From: Pocillopora damicornis
Lineage: Eukaryota
DNA length: 63,900 nucleotides
Direction: 5' to 3'
Assembly: GCF_003704095.1 (NCBI RefSeq)
Contig: NW_020846357.1
Location: 124,101 to 188,000, forward strand
The translations under genes and the position numbers were made by a program. The notes beneath the pieces were generated by a model. That model worked only from the letters and a program-made list of their open reading frames with translations, had not been told where the DNA came from and made no database searches. This document shows positions 25,558 to 38,900 of the stretch, piece by piece; the first letter of the stretch is position 1; every line of letters begins with the position of its first letter.

Positions 25558-27131
25558 ATGATGGCGTTTGAACATGAATGGAATCAACGCAAGAGGAGGA
25601 AATGTGTTGCTAATAACGATCTTTCGAATAAGAAATACAAGAAAAAGGCAGAATCAAGAGAACTTACTCTTCAAGATATTTCTAGTCTTAGTGATGAGAT
25701 TCACCATCTAGAGGAGGAAATATTTAAAAGAGATTCTTTATGTGCAGATACCTACACACTGGAATCTCTGGCAATGATCGAAACAAAACTCTTGAATGCT
25801 GACTTGCCTTCTTCATCCAAAGAAAATAACACTGACGGAAAAGAAAAAGAAATTGATGTAATAAACGAGAGACTTCGTTCTTTGGAAAAGTTGACAGGTT
25901 TAATATTTATTGAAAATAGCACCGAGATGCTTTCAAAGACAGAAGCCACAATGGTTTTACTTCGGAGAATGTTAGGAACTTGTCTTAGAATTCCCTTTGC
26001 AGTGGAATTCGAAGTTAAAGAAGAGGAAAATGTGAATAGTCTGCTGAGCTCAAAAGGTAAAATTGAGTCAATCGTGCATGTTGTGGTTAAATTTTACCTT
26101 ACAATCGGTTCTATTTTCTTTGTGTTCAAAAATGTAAAATAAGAGTTTGAGATAAAGGGAATATTCCACGTAGGAAAAATTAAACCAAAATTATTTGTCC
26201 GTCGTAAGCAGTATTCTTGGAAGACAGCATAAACCTTAACTTGATGAGGACACTGCAAGATAATAGTTTGAACCCTGAGCAGTATGATTTGTTGTGGTTC
26301 AAAGTCTTTTTGGTGTCTAATTTTTTAAACCAGTTTGATTTTTATTTTTATCTGTTTCCCTTTTTAATAATTTTCCAAAAGATAAAGGAACATTAAAATC
26401 AAACTGACTTGAATAGTAAATGGCTGAGAAAAGCTTTTGACCATACTTATTAGTTATAGGCAATGACTGTACAATTGATGTTGGTCCTGAAAAGGAAGAA
26501 CTCAGTCAAAATTGAGGTTCTTTGATAAATATTCTCAAATTATTTGTCCTCACTGTATAAATTTAGGATTAATACAAATTTGATTGTCTTTGCTCCATAC
26601 TATAGTTGTAATTTTAATATCTTTTTTTAATCCAAAGATGCTGAGTGTATGGAACACAGGGTTGTTGAATTAACCAGACTCCAAGTTAGTGTCACAGATC
26701 ATCTAGCAGAACAGGAACTTGCTCAATTTCTTGAAAAAGTGCAAGAGGACAAGTCTTTGCAGCCATTTTTTTTTGGACTTATTCAGTATGCTGAAGGGCA
26801 CAGCAATAGGCAAAGGACATTTGGTCATTTTAAAATGAAGTACCCTGAAATTGTACACTTGACAAATACATCCACTGCAAGTCAGTTTATGAAACTGTAC
26901 AACAGGAACAAACCTGGACTTGTTTTTACAATATGGTGGAGACTTGTTATTGGTGAATCTGGACATGTCACATCAGATATTCAGATCCATGCCTCAGCAC
27001 CAATGAAACACACTGACCAAAGGGACAAATATTCTTTGCTTAGAAGTGTTCCAAAACAGTTTCACAAAGTGATGCCTATTATTGGAATAGAACAGGCCAT
27101 CGAACTTGTGGTTGGATTGGTGTGTGGATAG
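25558..27131 (+). CDS. CENPP: Centromere protein P; exons 25558-26056 and 26638-27131
   Basis: N-terminal coiled coil, then LTGLIF...LGTCLRIPFAVEFEV, ELAQFLEKVQEDKSLQPFF, RQRTFGHFKMKYP, PGLVFTIWWRL and GIEQAIELVV, which follow the CENP-P double-RWD pattern as I recall it. The phase-1 GT-AG intron keeps frame. Confidence 0.85.
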
Positions 27132-28284
27132 CGATAATTTATTAGTTGTATATTATACTGAATTTCTCTGAGTTTGTTCTTTTAGAGAGCTGAGAAAGTC
27201 TTTTCATCTTATAACTGTATTCTATCTCGTAAAATAGGTTGTCACATAGAAAAATTCCAGCAGCTTCAAATATCCAGTGTCAGTTATATGGAGACTAATT
27301 CTTAAGAACATAGAGGCATTGTAGCTAATGTTTGGGGTCAGTGGTAAAGGTTCTATCTGTAAGAATCTCTTTTTGAGATACAGTTGAACATCTCCTAGCA
27401 CACAATTTTGGATGACAGACTCCTGTTGGTAGAAACTTAGTTCTGGCCTATATAACTCTTGCATCTTACTGGTGCAAAACCTCCAGGGGATAGAGAGGGT
27501 CTGCTTTCTGGAGGTTTGGTGGTAGTGAACTTGCCTAGACTCAGGCTCTTTGTTGTAAAAATGGCAACAAAAACCAGCAAACAAAAGTAACTTTTAACAA
27601 GTGAACATTTACTTTGAACAATAATTCAACAATTTGAGAGGGGAAAATAAACAGATCAATTAATTTTTACACTTTAAAGAAGCTAACTCTGAATTACTGA
27701 ACAAAGTGTAGAAGGTTACAGTCTGATAATTATTTGGAGAATAATTTATGTTTTTTTAGGAATGAATTATTCCCAGTGTTATTATCTAATGCATACATTG
27801 TATGCTCTGTGTAGATATCTTGAAGCAGTGAAACCCAGACATTAGTAATTTGCATCACTTGTCTCACATCATGGAGCACATTTAATATATTAATTTGAAA
27901 TATCTGATTCACTGTTTAATTGTATTGCCCTAAAAAACCCAGTAGAATTGTTGGTAAGAAAGGTGTTCTGTATTTCTGCACTTGTTTGATGTTCATCCAT
28001 TCTACAAACAACACACCCCACCCCACCCCTGTTTCCAACCCCCTGAATTCAGATGTCAGTAATTCACTATTCCAACAAAGGATGCTTGACTTCTCCATAT
28101 CCCAAATTGTCAGTGTAACTTAAGATTAAGAACAACAGTCAGTCCTTTATTAACACATCAAAATATTTGGATGAATGCAGAAATACAGTGCATTGATTTT
28201 TTAAGGAGATCCCTTCCAGTGCAAGAGGTTTTTTGTGCTGTGAGCAGTACCTTCCTCTACTCTGAGGCTATACGTTCTGCTCTC

Positions 28285-28350
28285 ACTTATCCGTTGGATA
28301 GCGATTTATCCGTTGGAAAGCGTTATCCGCCCTTTATACAACTGGGTCCA
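28285..28350. repeat. Short interspersed repeat / MITE end
   Basis: Tandem palindromic ttatccgttggatagcg units followed by caactgggtcc. Confidence 0.5.
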
Positions 28351-29572
28351 AATGTGTAGAAAATTAAGTATGGTTCAGTTACTAATATTTTGGTGACACT
28401 AAGCGAAGTGATGATCGTCGATTATTTTGGCTACGTGCCTCATCCTTTTGATCTCGAATTTCCCCAAGCGTTCAAACTCGTCTGACTTAAGTAGGTTTAA
28501 AGCCAAAATATGACATTGTAATCGACTGAGCCATTTTGGGATGTGAATCATACTGACATTATAGTCACAAGAGTTTGTAAGAACTCACTGTAGTTGTGAT
28601 AAGCTTGGCATTGGTCCTTGATTGAAATGAAATTAACAAATAAATTCCATGTTGCCCAGTGTCTGTTCAGTAATTGATCACAAGTACAGCAAAGTGCGTT
28701 ACTGATCTTCTTACCCTATTTTGGTCTCATCTGTGTTCTAATCTTTTTTTCATTATTTCATGACAAACCGAAATACTCCGTTCAATATATATACTAGAAT
28801 AAGACTCACACGAATGAATTAGAAGAGTTTAAATCGAACTACCAGAGATGGAAAGAAAAGAGAAGCAAAAAGGGTAATAAATATTCTTTTTCAAGCTCAA
28901 ATAAAGAATTTCAAAAAAGATCTGTTTATCTTGTTTAAACTTTGATTATGAAGTACTCTTAAAATTAGAGCATTTTGAAAACATTTCTCTCTCTAAAAGG
29001 TTAGGTTGAGATCTTAAAAAATATTGAGCATTAAATTTACATTTAAATTATTAATTTTCATTGTTGAAATCCTTTTTTCGTGACTTTCATAATAATATTG
29101 CCAGCTGGTTCGTATGTATGTTTTGTTTTATCTCTTTCATCTCTCCTACAAAGCGGAGACAATAACCAGCAAAAATGAATTTCTCGAATTAATTGCTTAT
29201 TTTTGGTCAAAATGCTGAAGTCATTCAAATTCAAACTCCAACTGAGTTTATTTAAACTAAAAAATAAACTGAGTTGTTATTGACTTTCAGCCCACCACTT
29301 ATATTCTTTACCAAGAAGATAAACAGTGGGTCGACGGGAATAAATATTCCGTAACTTCTTATCTCAGTAGTAAATACGGAAACTTATAAGTGAAAAACAT
29401 CTGCAGGCGCAAACGTCTCCCATAGCATTTATTTTCTACCAAACGTTCTTTTGTGTGGTCAGTCTCTTAAAGGTTTCCCTATTTGATTCATCAGGGCGGA
29501 GTGCCGTAGACTGCAAGAGAAAATCAGTAAATTTTCTAATAACATTTGTTCAGTGCTGAACAACTGTTTTAA

Positions 29573-31037
29573 ATGGAAGGAAACAACAAGGTAAGGATGT
29601 GATTTTGCTCTCAGTCCGCCTTTCTCAGTTGATAGCACTATTTTCTCACATGTTCCATCTTCTATTTCAATTTTTCATTTTTTGTCACCGCCGTTTTTTT
29701 CAAAAATCTTTTTTCGAGCCTCTTCTATTTTATTTAAAAACCATGAAGACGCTAAGTCCAATATCTGTAGATCATAAGAGCAAACAATGCACCTTTTGTT
29801 TGTTTTACTTTGTCAAACCGTTGTAACTGTTGAACCGTTGGATCGAACTTTTGTTCTCTTCTGCATCGACTTTTGTCTCCGCTTTCTCTCCTAGGAGGTT
29901 TTTTTTAGGGGTTACAATTACGGAGATGTAATTTTGAGGCTAAGAAATAATAATCGCGTGTAGTTATTTCTCTCAATTTTAAAATTTCCTCTTTGTTGAT
30001 TTCCTTGCTAGTGTCAGACAAACAGCCTTTGTGGAAGTCAAGTAAACCAAACATCCGGGAGCTTGAACAATACTGTGTCTAACACATCTTCTACTCATAT
30101 TTATGATTTGTCGCAGATACATATTTCTGTGTTTATATTTTTGGCATTCGTCGGGCTGCTGATTGTCCTCGCTAACTCCACGGTAATCGTCCTCTATGAA
30201 AGAAAGACGTTTTTGAAAACCAAAACAAACCTTTGTCTGGTCTGTTTGGCTGTTTCAGACATGCTCGCTGGCTCAGTTGCCGTTCCCATGGTGATATCGT
30301 GCAATATGATGGTTGAGTCGGTAACAAAGATGAAGATATGTACCGCTATGGACTTATCGTCCAGGTTTATATCCATCTCTACCGTATTGCATCTGCTTTT
30401 GGTGACTATCGAGAGATATTGTATGATAATTCACGCCATTCATTATCCGTACATTATCACAAAGTTTCGGCTGGTCACTGTTCTTGTATTCCTTTGGTTT
30501 TTCTCGCTGGGAGCCTCGCTCATTCAAATTTCATGGATTCCTTTGGATTTCAGCCCAAGCAATGATTTTGTTAAAAAATTAGACACTAAATATTCTTTAT
30601 CTGTGTTTTTTGGAATAGTTGTGCCAAGTTTGCTGATAATGGGTGTGGCTCTAACCTGCATTTTCTTAGTTTTGCGGCGTCAACTGATTTCTATTAAGGC
30701 AGTGAACAGTTACAAAACTAGAGCTTACCGTAGAAAAGCGATCCCTCTGGAGGGCAAAGCAGTCATTATATTTGGGATAATGATTTTAACTTTCATAATT
30801 TGTTGGTTTCCGTATTTTCTTCACGGCTTGATGCAAGATTTGAAACTTGACGTTCTTCCTCTGCCTCACTGGGTACAAGTTTTACTTATGTTTTTTCGAT
30901 TTGGTTCATCAGTGGTGAATCCGATTATTTATACTTTCTTTAAAGAAGATTTCAAAAGAGCTTTAAAGAGGTCTACAGGCTTTGCTAGCTCACGCCGCCG
31001 AAGTAATTTGACAACATTTGATTTTACACCAGTTTGA
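29573..31037 (+). CDS. Class A (rhodopsin-like) GPCR, amine/adenosine receptor-like orphan; exons 29573-29590 and 30012-31037
   Basis: Seven TM segments with LAN, LAVSD, IERY, W in TM4, CWFP and NPIIY. The large ORF has no N-terminal ATG; a phase-0 micro-exon ATGGAAGGAAACAACAAG|gtaagg joins the acceptor tag|TGT at 30012 in frame. Confidence 0.9.
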
Positions 31038-31851
31038 TGTCCTAAGGAACTTTGTGTTGAATCATTGCGTATACATTCAGTTGAGGATGTTCATGAATCT
31101 TGAAAGTACGCTACAACTTAGACTTGGTCAGAGATATAAAAAAATTGAGACCCATAGATAATCAGGGATGAAAGGCAATATAATCACTGAAACATTAAAC
31201 ATAACTAATGACGAGCACAAGTAGTTCTAATAAGGGAATTTCCATTCGTTTTTCGCAGGAGCTTCTGGCTCAATTCCATTAGCTTGATTTCTTTTATGTT
31301 TATGAATCCTCTACATTCGGTATTGAGCTCGATAGCAAGAGGTATGTGTCTGTGCTTCATCCTAAACGGCCCTTTCTTGTGCCGTATTTTAATTATACCT
31401 TATATTTTAACAATAATTCCTAAAGAAAGCACTTTCTGCCCCATCCCACCCTCCTTCCCCCTTCCCCCCACCTCTACAAGAAAATAAAGGGAGTTGAAAA
31501 CACCCATAGAACCAATCAACTTATTCCGTCGAGTACCATTTCATAATCTGATCAGTAGCAAAAAAAAGAGAGAGAGACTGGAAAATGAACCTTTTGAGCT
31601 GATGACGTCACTATAAACTCATTGATTCAGCTTCTTGATGCAAATCAAGTGCAAATCAAACTGCAATAACCTGGTAATAGCGGACGTTTTACGCGGTAAA
31701 TCGTGACTGAAAACTAAATCAGACTTTTTATATAACTGCCGAGCAGCGGTTGGTCCAATTCATGTTAATCTCTCTTAATAAAAGTCGTAGCAACTCTTTA
31801 AGTCTGTCTCTTAACCCTTTCGACAGCAACGTCAGCCAAGTCCGTGATTAT

Positions 31852-34800
31852 TCACCGGAGTCCGAACCAGTTCATGATTCTTCGCCCAGTCCCTTCTTCG
31901 CTTCCTCTCAGCCGACGGTTCATTTCATTCAGAACTTGTAAATGTTCATGTAGAATTCTTTCCATCTCTTTTGATCTTAATGAAATTAATAGACAAGATA
32001 CACATTAAAAGATAAATGCATGAATGAACAAAATTGAATAAGGTAGTAAATGTATGAATGAATTAGAGGAGAAAGGAAGACATGAATAAAGCCGGTAACT
32101 TACAAACACAACACATCGACGTAAATTATATTTTACTTCAGTTTAAACTAAGCAAAATTATTTATTCTGAATTCTTTCATTAGGCTTAAGTTGGGTACAT
32201 CAGTTTTTGGTAAATAAACCATGATTACAGAAGCTTGCCTTCGAGATAAATTGTACGAGGATTACATTTACGTGGTTTCAGTTTAGCGAATAAACTCCGT
32301 GTTGCTGCAGGTCTTTTCAGTAATAGATCACAGATGACGTCAAACGCGGTAAGAACAAAAAAGGTATCCCTGATGTTTTCAGTCACATAAGGCCAGAGAC
32401 CGACCAAACCTAGTTCCTTGTTCACCAACTTAACCATCTAGCTGAAATAAAGCCACAGACTGACCATACCTGATTTCTTGTTCATCAACTTTATCTTTGA
32501 GCTGAGATAAAGTCACAGACACGTGGTTACCCTGGTCATATTCATTTCCCTGGACTCGACCCAAATCACAGAAGAGCATCCACATCTAAAAATAACATCA
32601 AGTCTATCCTTATGACATTGAAACAAATACCTTAATTCCTTAAACTAATTAATAAGTTATGATATTGATTAATAATCTGAAAGCGATAGCCTTCCAAGTC
32701 TGGTAATGAACATTGCCATTATCACCTTTGTCCAGATTGTCTTTAGGTGGTTTGGATACTCAGCGTGTTCTTTCACGGTCAGACGGCGTAACAGCCATTT
32801 AGGAAGAGATTCTTCCAGCTCTAGAAGAAGTGCGACCTGAAATTAAGACAATTTTTATAGTTCATGGCTGTGTTATATCATGATTAGATAATTTTCAAGA
32901 AAATATAATGTTACGATCCCACCTGGATTTCGATCTTTGAGACTGATAACTCGCAAAATTAAAGGTAACACTGAGTATCATAATTACTTTCGATTCCTGA
33001 AGCCCTCGATTTCTTGATATCCTCCATAACTAGATTTAAAACTTCCTTTTCTTCTGTGGTCGAACACAATCATTCAAAAGGCTTTATTTCGACAGCAGAA
33101 CTCAAATCGGCTTTCGTTTCCAAACTAATTTCTTCATCCTTTGATCTGTTCAGTAAATCACGAATTTGTGTCTGTCACTTAATTACAAATAAAAAAAGAA
33201 CCAAGACAGTTTGTACCTGAACTCTGTAACGATCCATAACAGCATTCTTCTGAATGTTGTCAATGTCACCCACAGCAAGACCGATCTGGAGAGAGTTTGA
33301 ATTTCTCACTCGTAACAGGTTCACAATACATGGATCCGTTATTGCAAGATTTATGTGGTCTTATAATGGAACATTTTCCGCTCATTCTCTGCGAGGGCTA
33401 TGTGTTTATTCATATATCTATGTATATTTGTCACAACCTAAGTACTTCGCAAAAAGCTTTTATCAGAAAAACGGCGAGTTGTGGTGTATGTTTGCACGGA
33501 AGGCATTTTAAAGGTAGTAATGTCTTCCGTCAGGGTAACTAAATTCACATGTTTAGCTGATTCATTTCACACTTCCTTTTTCTAAAAATGGGTGTGTGAC
33601 CTGTTAAATGTTATCTGAAAGGAAGGACCCTATTCGTCTATTTCTAAAATGTATAGAGAATTTTAAACTTGATACGTGTACTGTCGTATAGAAACTTTGA
33701 GGAACAACATGGACACAAGTTTGCCGTTCCATACCAACATGTTCATCAGAATGATTGGCATAACGAGCGCGAAAAGAATAAATATTCCAAAGTTAAGGAA
33801 TGGAACGTCTACATCTTTGTTGATGTAGGTAGCTTCAAAGTTCAACTCTCCAAGCGTCATAATAAAAGTCTTCATCAGCGATTTGGGAAGAGATCCAAAT
33901 AAATTCTGATTCTGGAAACAAATTAAGAATAAGGAAAATTAGTCGGGTAGGAAAATAATGGCTTGATGGAGACATATTTACTAATGAGCCAGAATGATAT
34001 AGTGTGGCTTAATAACTTATGGAAAGCTACTTATAAGAATTGACTGGAGGTAAACCTGGTTTACAAAAAACAAAAAACAAAAACAAACTAACAAACAAAC
34101 AAACAAACAAACTCGTGACGCTCGCAAATAGTTTGCACGTCCAATTGTGGTCGTCTTGATTTTGTTAATACGGGTAATAATGAACATTCAATGAATCTTT
34201 TTAAGATTCTGTAGTTTCCGTATACATGGTCGAAACGACTGAGTTTCTAAGTTCGCAATAAATGCATGTCAACGTAAGTCGAGTCAAAATCTTCCAATAG
34301 TTCGCTCTTCAAGATACGTCAAAGACTAATGCTGCCTATGTAAGTTTTTATTGTTTCCTTTGAAAGTATTAATTTTAAATTAAATGGTTTTGTAGCTTGA
34401 TTTCTCCTCAAAAGCCGGCTATTAGGTGACTGTTTTCGACAGCTTTGCAGTCATAAGGTTTGAAGTTAAGGATTTGTGTCCATTAGGACCTTTAGAACAA
34501 ACGTAATAAAAACCTCTACATTTGAATTCTCAGTACCTGTCTTTTCTCAATAATTTACCCTGAAATAAAAATGCCGAGGCAGTGTGTAGTGAAAAGAAAA
34601 GAACTAAAATATACGTACATTGCCCATGAGAATGTAGAATGAAATTCCGAACGCCAAAATAAAGAGAATAAAAAGAATGATAACCTAAAAAAAAAAAAGG
34701 GAATATATTAAGAAATCACTTTACAAATTGGACTTAAAATTTCTGATGAGAGGTAACATTCCTCAATCCAAAATCGCTACTTTGCAGTTTACCTTGAGTA

Positions 34801-35870
34801 ACGTTTGTATCATAGTCATCAGCATAACCACAAACCTACCATACGTTGACAGTCTGAAAGGAAAAAAGAAAATAACATGGAAAATATTCGTTAATATTGT
34901 TTAGTTGACTGTTTTCTCACCTTACTTTTAATCTCAATAAAATATCTACATATAGAATATTTGTGGTCCAATTATTTTTTTTTAAAGATCAGCAAACGGC
35001 TGAGTGTGTAAGGTCTATTGAATTGTCTCCATTAGAGAACCCCTTGACCCAATAAACAGCTTTTGAGCCTCCTTAGACCTTCCAGGTCCTAATACAAGAT
35101 GATTGATGTCACTGATACGATTAAGGGATATGAACATTTCTGACAAGGTTTACTACGTTATTTCAGTTTGCTTTGTTCATCCTTTATGTCTTGTGTCAAA
35201 AAGCCAATCAGTGTCTGATCGTTAATTGCGAAAACAAACAAAAACTGGCTCAGTTTTGATGATCTTCATGCACTACACACGATCTTCTCCTATCTTTTGC
35301 CAGATAAGCAATCTATTATAAATACTACCGCTGACCTACGGAGGTAGAGCACCAAGTTGAGCCAACCAAGAAACAGACCCAATGCTACTGCATGCATCTG
35401 AAGAGGCGTCTTACACAAACAGCCAGGATTCTTGGAAATCAGGTAAACCAAGGCTAACAGGTTTATAGACCAATCCATGTAGCTGGATGCATCCCAGAAA
35501 TATTTCAGTCGCTAGTTAGGGAATAATGAGAAAAAACGGAATATTTATTCACTAATGTTCGCCACTCTTCAAGCTGCTTCAGCCGACAAAAATAAAGTGT
35601 ATTGTGGCGGTATTGTGATTTTACTCATAGATTACATGAGTCACTGCGAGGCTCGATGGCTAAATGACTAACTGACTAACCGACTGACTGATTAACTGAT
35701 TGACTGATTAAGTGATTAACTGCCTGATTGACTGATTAAGTGACTGATTGACTGACTGGCCGGCTGACTGACTAACTGACTGACTGACTGACTGACTGAC
35801 TGACTAATTGATTGACTAATTGACTTACTGATTGACTGGCTGACTGGGAGACTGATTGACTGATTAATTA

Positions 35871-35912
<42 letters not shown>

Positions 35913-38900
35913 TGACTGACTGATAGATTGACTTGCTGATTGACCGACTGGCTGGTTGAATGACTGCTGATTGACTGACCGGCTGATTGACTGATTGGCT
36001 TGTTAACTGACTGGCTGACTTACTGACTGACTGATAGATTGACTCGCTGATTGACCGACTGGCTGGTTGAATGACTGCTGATTGACTGACCGCCTGATTG
36101 ACTGACTGGCTGACTGACTGACTGCCCGATTGAGTGACTGGTTGACTGACTGACTGGCTGGTTGACTAACTTACTGACTGACTGACCGACTGAGTTAGTG
36201 GCTGACTGACTGACTGGCTGATTTTCTGACTGGCCGACTGGCTTATTAACTGACTGACTGACTGACTGACTAGCTGGTTGATTGACTGATTGAGAACAGC
36301 TTTCATGTTGATGACTTATCTCACCAGCCTGTACAACTGCAGGAGCTCTTTGATTATGGAGAACATGTTAAACGCCATCAAAATGGTCAAAGCAAAATAC
36401 GTGTCATTTCTTCCGCTCTAAAAAAAGAAAAAGGTTATTGGCCAGCAGGGCTCTTTATTCAGTCCCAGGCAAACGCGAATTATGTTATGTTACTACTTTT
36501 AACTACACTAAAAGTGCTACTGTATGGTGTAGCATGTCAAGCTTTCTGTGTGTTTAAAACAACCTAATAACATTGCTTTAAAATTTGCTTTCACTGTTGA
36601 AACCTTTTAGGTTGAGAGTTAACGCAACTATTTGAAACTTTAAATCAAAATAACTCTGGAAACAGTGACCACAAAGCTTGATCACCTGATTTTTGCATTC
36701 TGAATCACATTTGTTGATCCATTCAGCTTTACTTTTTACCGCAAAATATGTCAGTACAAGTAAGAACAAAAAAAACATGAAGAAATTCAACATGAACGTG
36801 ACCCAACCAAACTTCTTCCTGCAAAAAATACGTAGATATGCAATTAATTCATTTTTTATATAAGTCGTTAAACAACAAATTTATGGCACTTATCATAACA
36901 TGTAACAATTTTGTTCTCAGTCGTTCAATTAACATACAAGATGGCACAAATATTTTGAGTTATTCTCACCACTTCAGGCTCATTAAACTGTAACAAACCG
37001 GATGACCGATGCATTTCTCTCTCTTGTATTTCACCATCGTCTGAAAAAAATAAACATCAGCAAGCTACTGTCAGACTTACCTTTTAATGTTTTTGCGTCT
37101 ATTATAAAAGGTAATGAAGATACAACCGTCTTTGAAAACTCTTGTCTTTCGATTTCCTTTTAAGACGCACGGAGCTAAAAATATTTTGTTTTTAACTCAA
37201 CAGTATTAGTGAATAAATTGACAGCTTTCATCGTCCAGTACTTGTTTTCTTTCTTTGTTTTTTGTTCTGAATGTTAACACTATGTTGTGATGAAAGGGAA
37301 ATCAAAGACACATAGGATTATCAAAGACTGAGGCAAACTTTCTATTTCTCCAGTAGAACCACAAAGTATTTGCTGAGATTATCACAACAAACCTGAAATC
37401 CTTCAAATAGTCCAAGTCTCGTTAAGGATTTCCTTGCGAGAGCTAGTTTCATCATCGAAAGAAAATTATGGATTCCTCAGTTTTGTAGATAGATTTATTT
37501 CGTGGGAGCCCAGAGAGATTTTCCCGGATAATTATTGATTTAGAGACGACAGTATAAGCCAGAATTAATGTATTGGAACATCGCAAATTAATCTCCTCAC
37601 CCGCAAGTGGTTCAGGGAATGTTTTGTTTTATCCCCATTAGCATCCATTCCTTGGATTAATCTCAAGTCATAAGTTACCTGAGAAAGAGACGACACAATT
37701 TTTTTAAAATACATTTATAATTAAACAGCGATGGTAAAGTTCATAGTGAACTTTCACCACCCTTACCTTGTAATTGTAATCTGTAACCTGGCCTTCTTCC
37801 ACGATGCAGTGATCTAAAAGACGCTGGGTACAAAGATAAGTCAGCATTGGTTGTCGACATGTTCAATCAAGAGGTTCTGTTGTCAGTGAAAGCGACTTCA
37901 TTTGTACAACGTCAATTTTCATCTTTGATTTAGATAATTCTTTTGGGAAAAATCCAAATTCGATGTTAATTGAAACTAAAACACCCGCTTATTCACTTGT
38001 GATAGAAACAGATTGAGGAAATACAATAGCGGACCATTACTATATTCGTTTAAGACGAACCTCCACTACTCTGGGCATTTTCTGTACCAGTGATTCTATT
38101 TGAGACTGTCTGTCACTTATGGTGGAATGAAGAGCTTCCTTCCATCTGCAGCGCAAATATGAAAGCTTGATAATAACGTAAAAAGAGATGTGGATAAAAC
38201 AAGTAACAATGATATTAATGGAACAAAACTGGCAAAATCAACAGACAAATGCACTAACGCGCAAAGAATAGGCTAGAAATAATATGACAATTTGTTGTGA
38301 GATGACGTTACTAGAAAGACTCTCTCGTGATATGATATGATGTAGAATAACTTGGAATGACATGATGTGATACAATCAAATAACACGACTTGACTTGTTA
38401 TGAGATGATGTTACTAGACAGACACTCACCTGGCATGATATAACATAGAATGACTTTTATGAGAAGTCGTGCCGTGGAATGACATGACGTGACAAAGCGT
38501 GACATGATATGACGTGGCGACAACTCAACGTGACATTACCTCTTATGCTCTATCATCACCATGGCGACATTCTCTCTGCCGTGATCAATAGCGAGGTCTA
38601 GAGCGTTCTTATCTCGAGCGTTACTCATAAAGAGCAGCTCTTCAAAGGACATCAGGTACTGCACTATGTGCGCATGCCCAGCTATAGCGGCTAGATGTAT
38701 AGCTGTATTCTGTGAGAGTGAATTCAAGGAAAGGCCAATTACGAAACATAACTTTGTGATTTTAGATAAATAGCTTATGTACTTGATAAGCGGAATTGCT
38801 TCTGTGACAAATTTCAGTATACCTCATTTCGGTCCCAGGAGTTAAGACAATCTGGGTGAAACTTTATCACGAGCTCAACGCATTTAAGTGAGCCTTGTGT

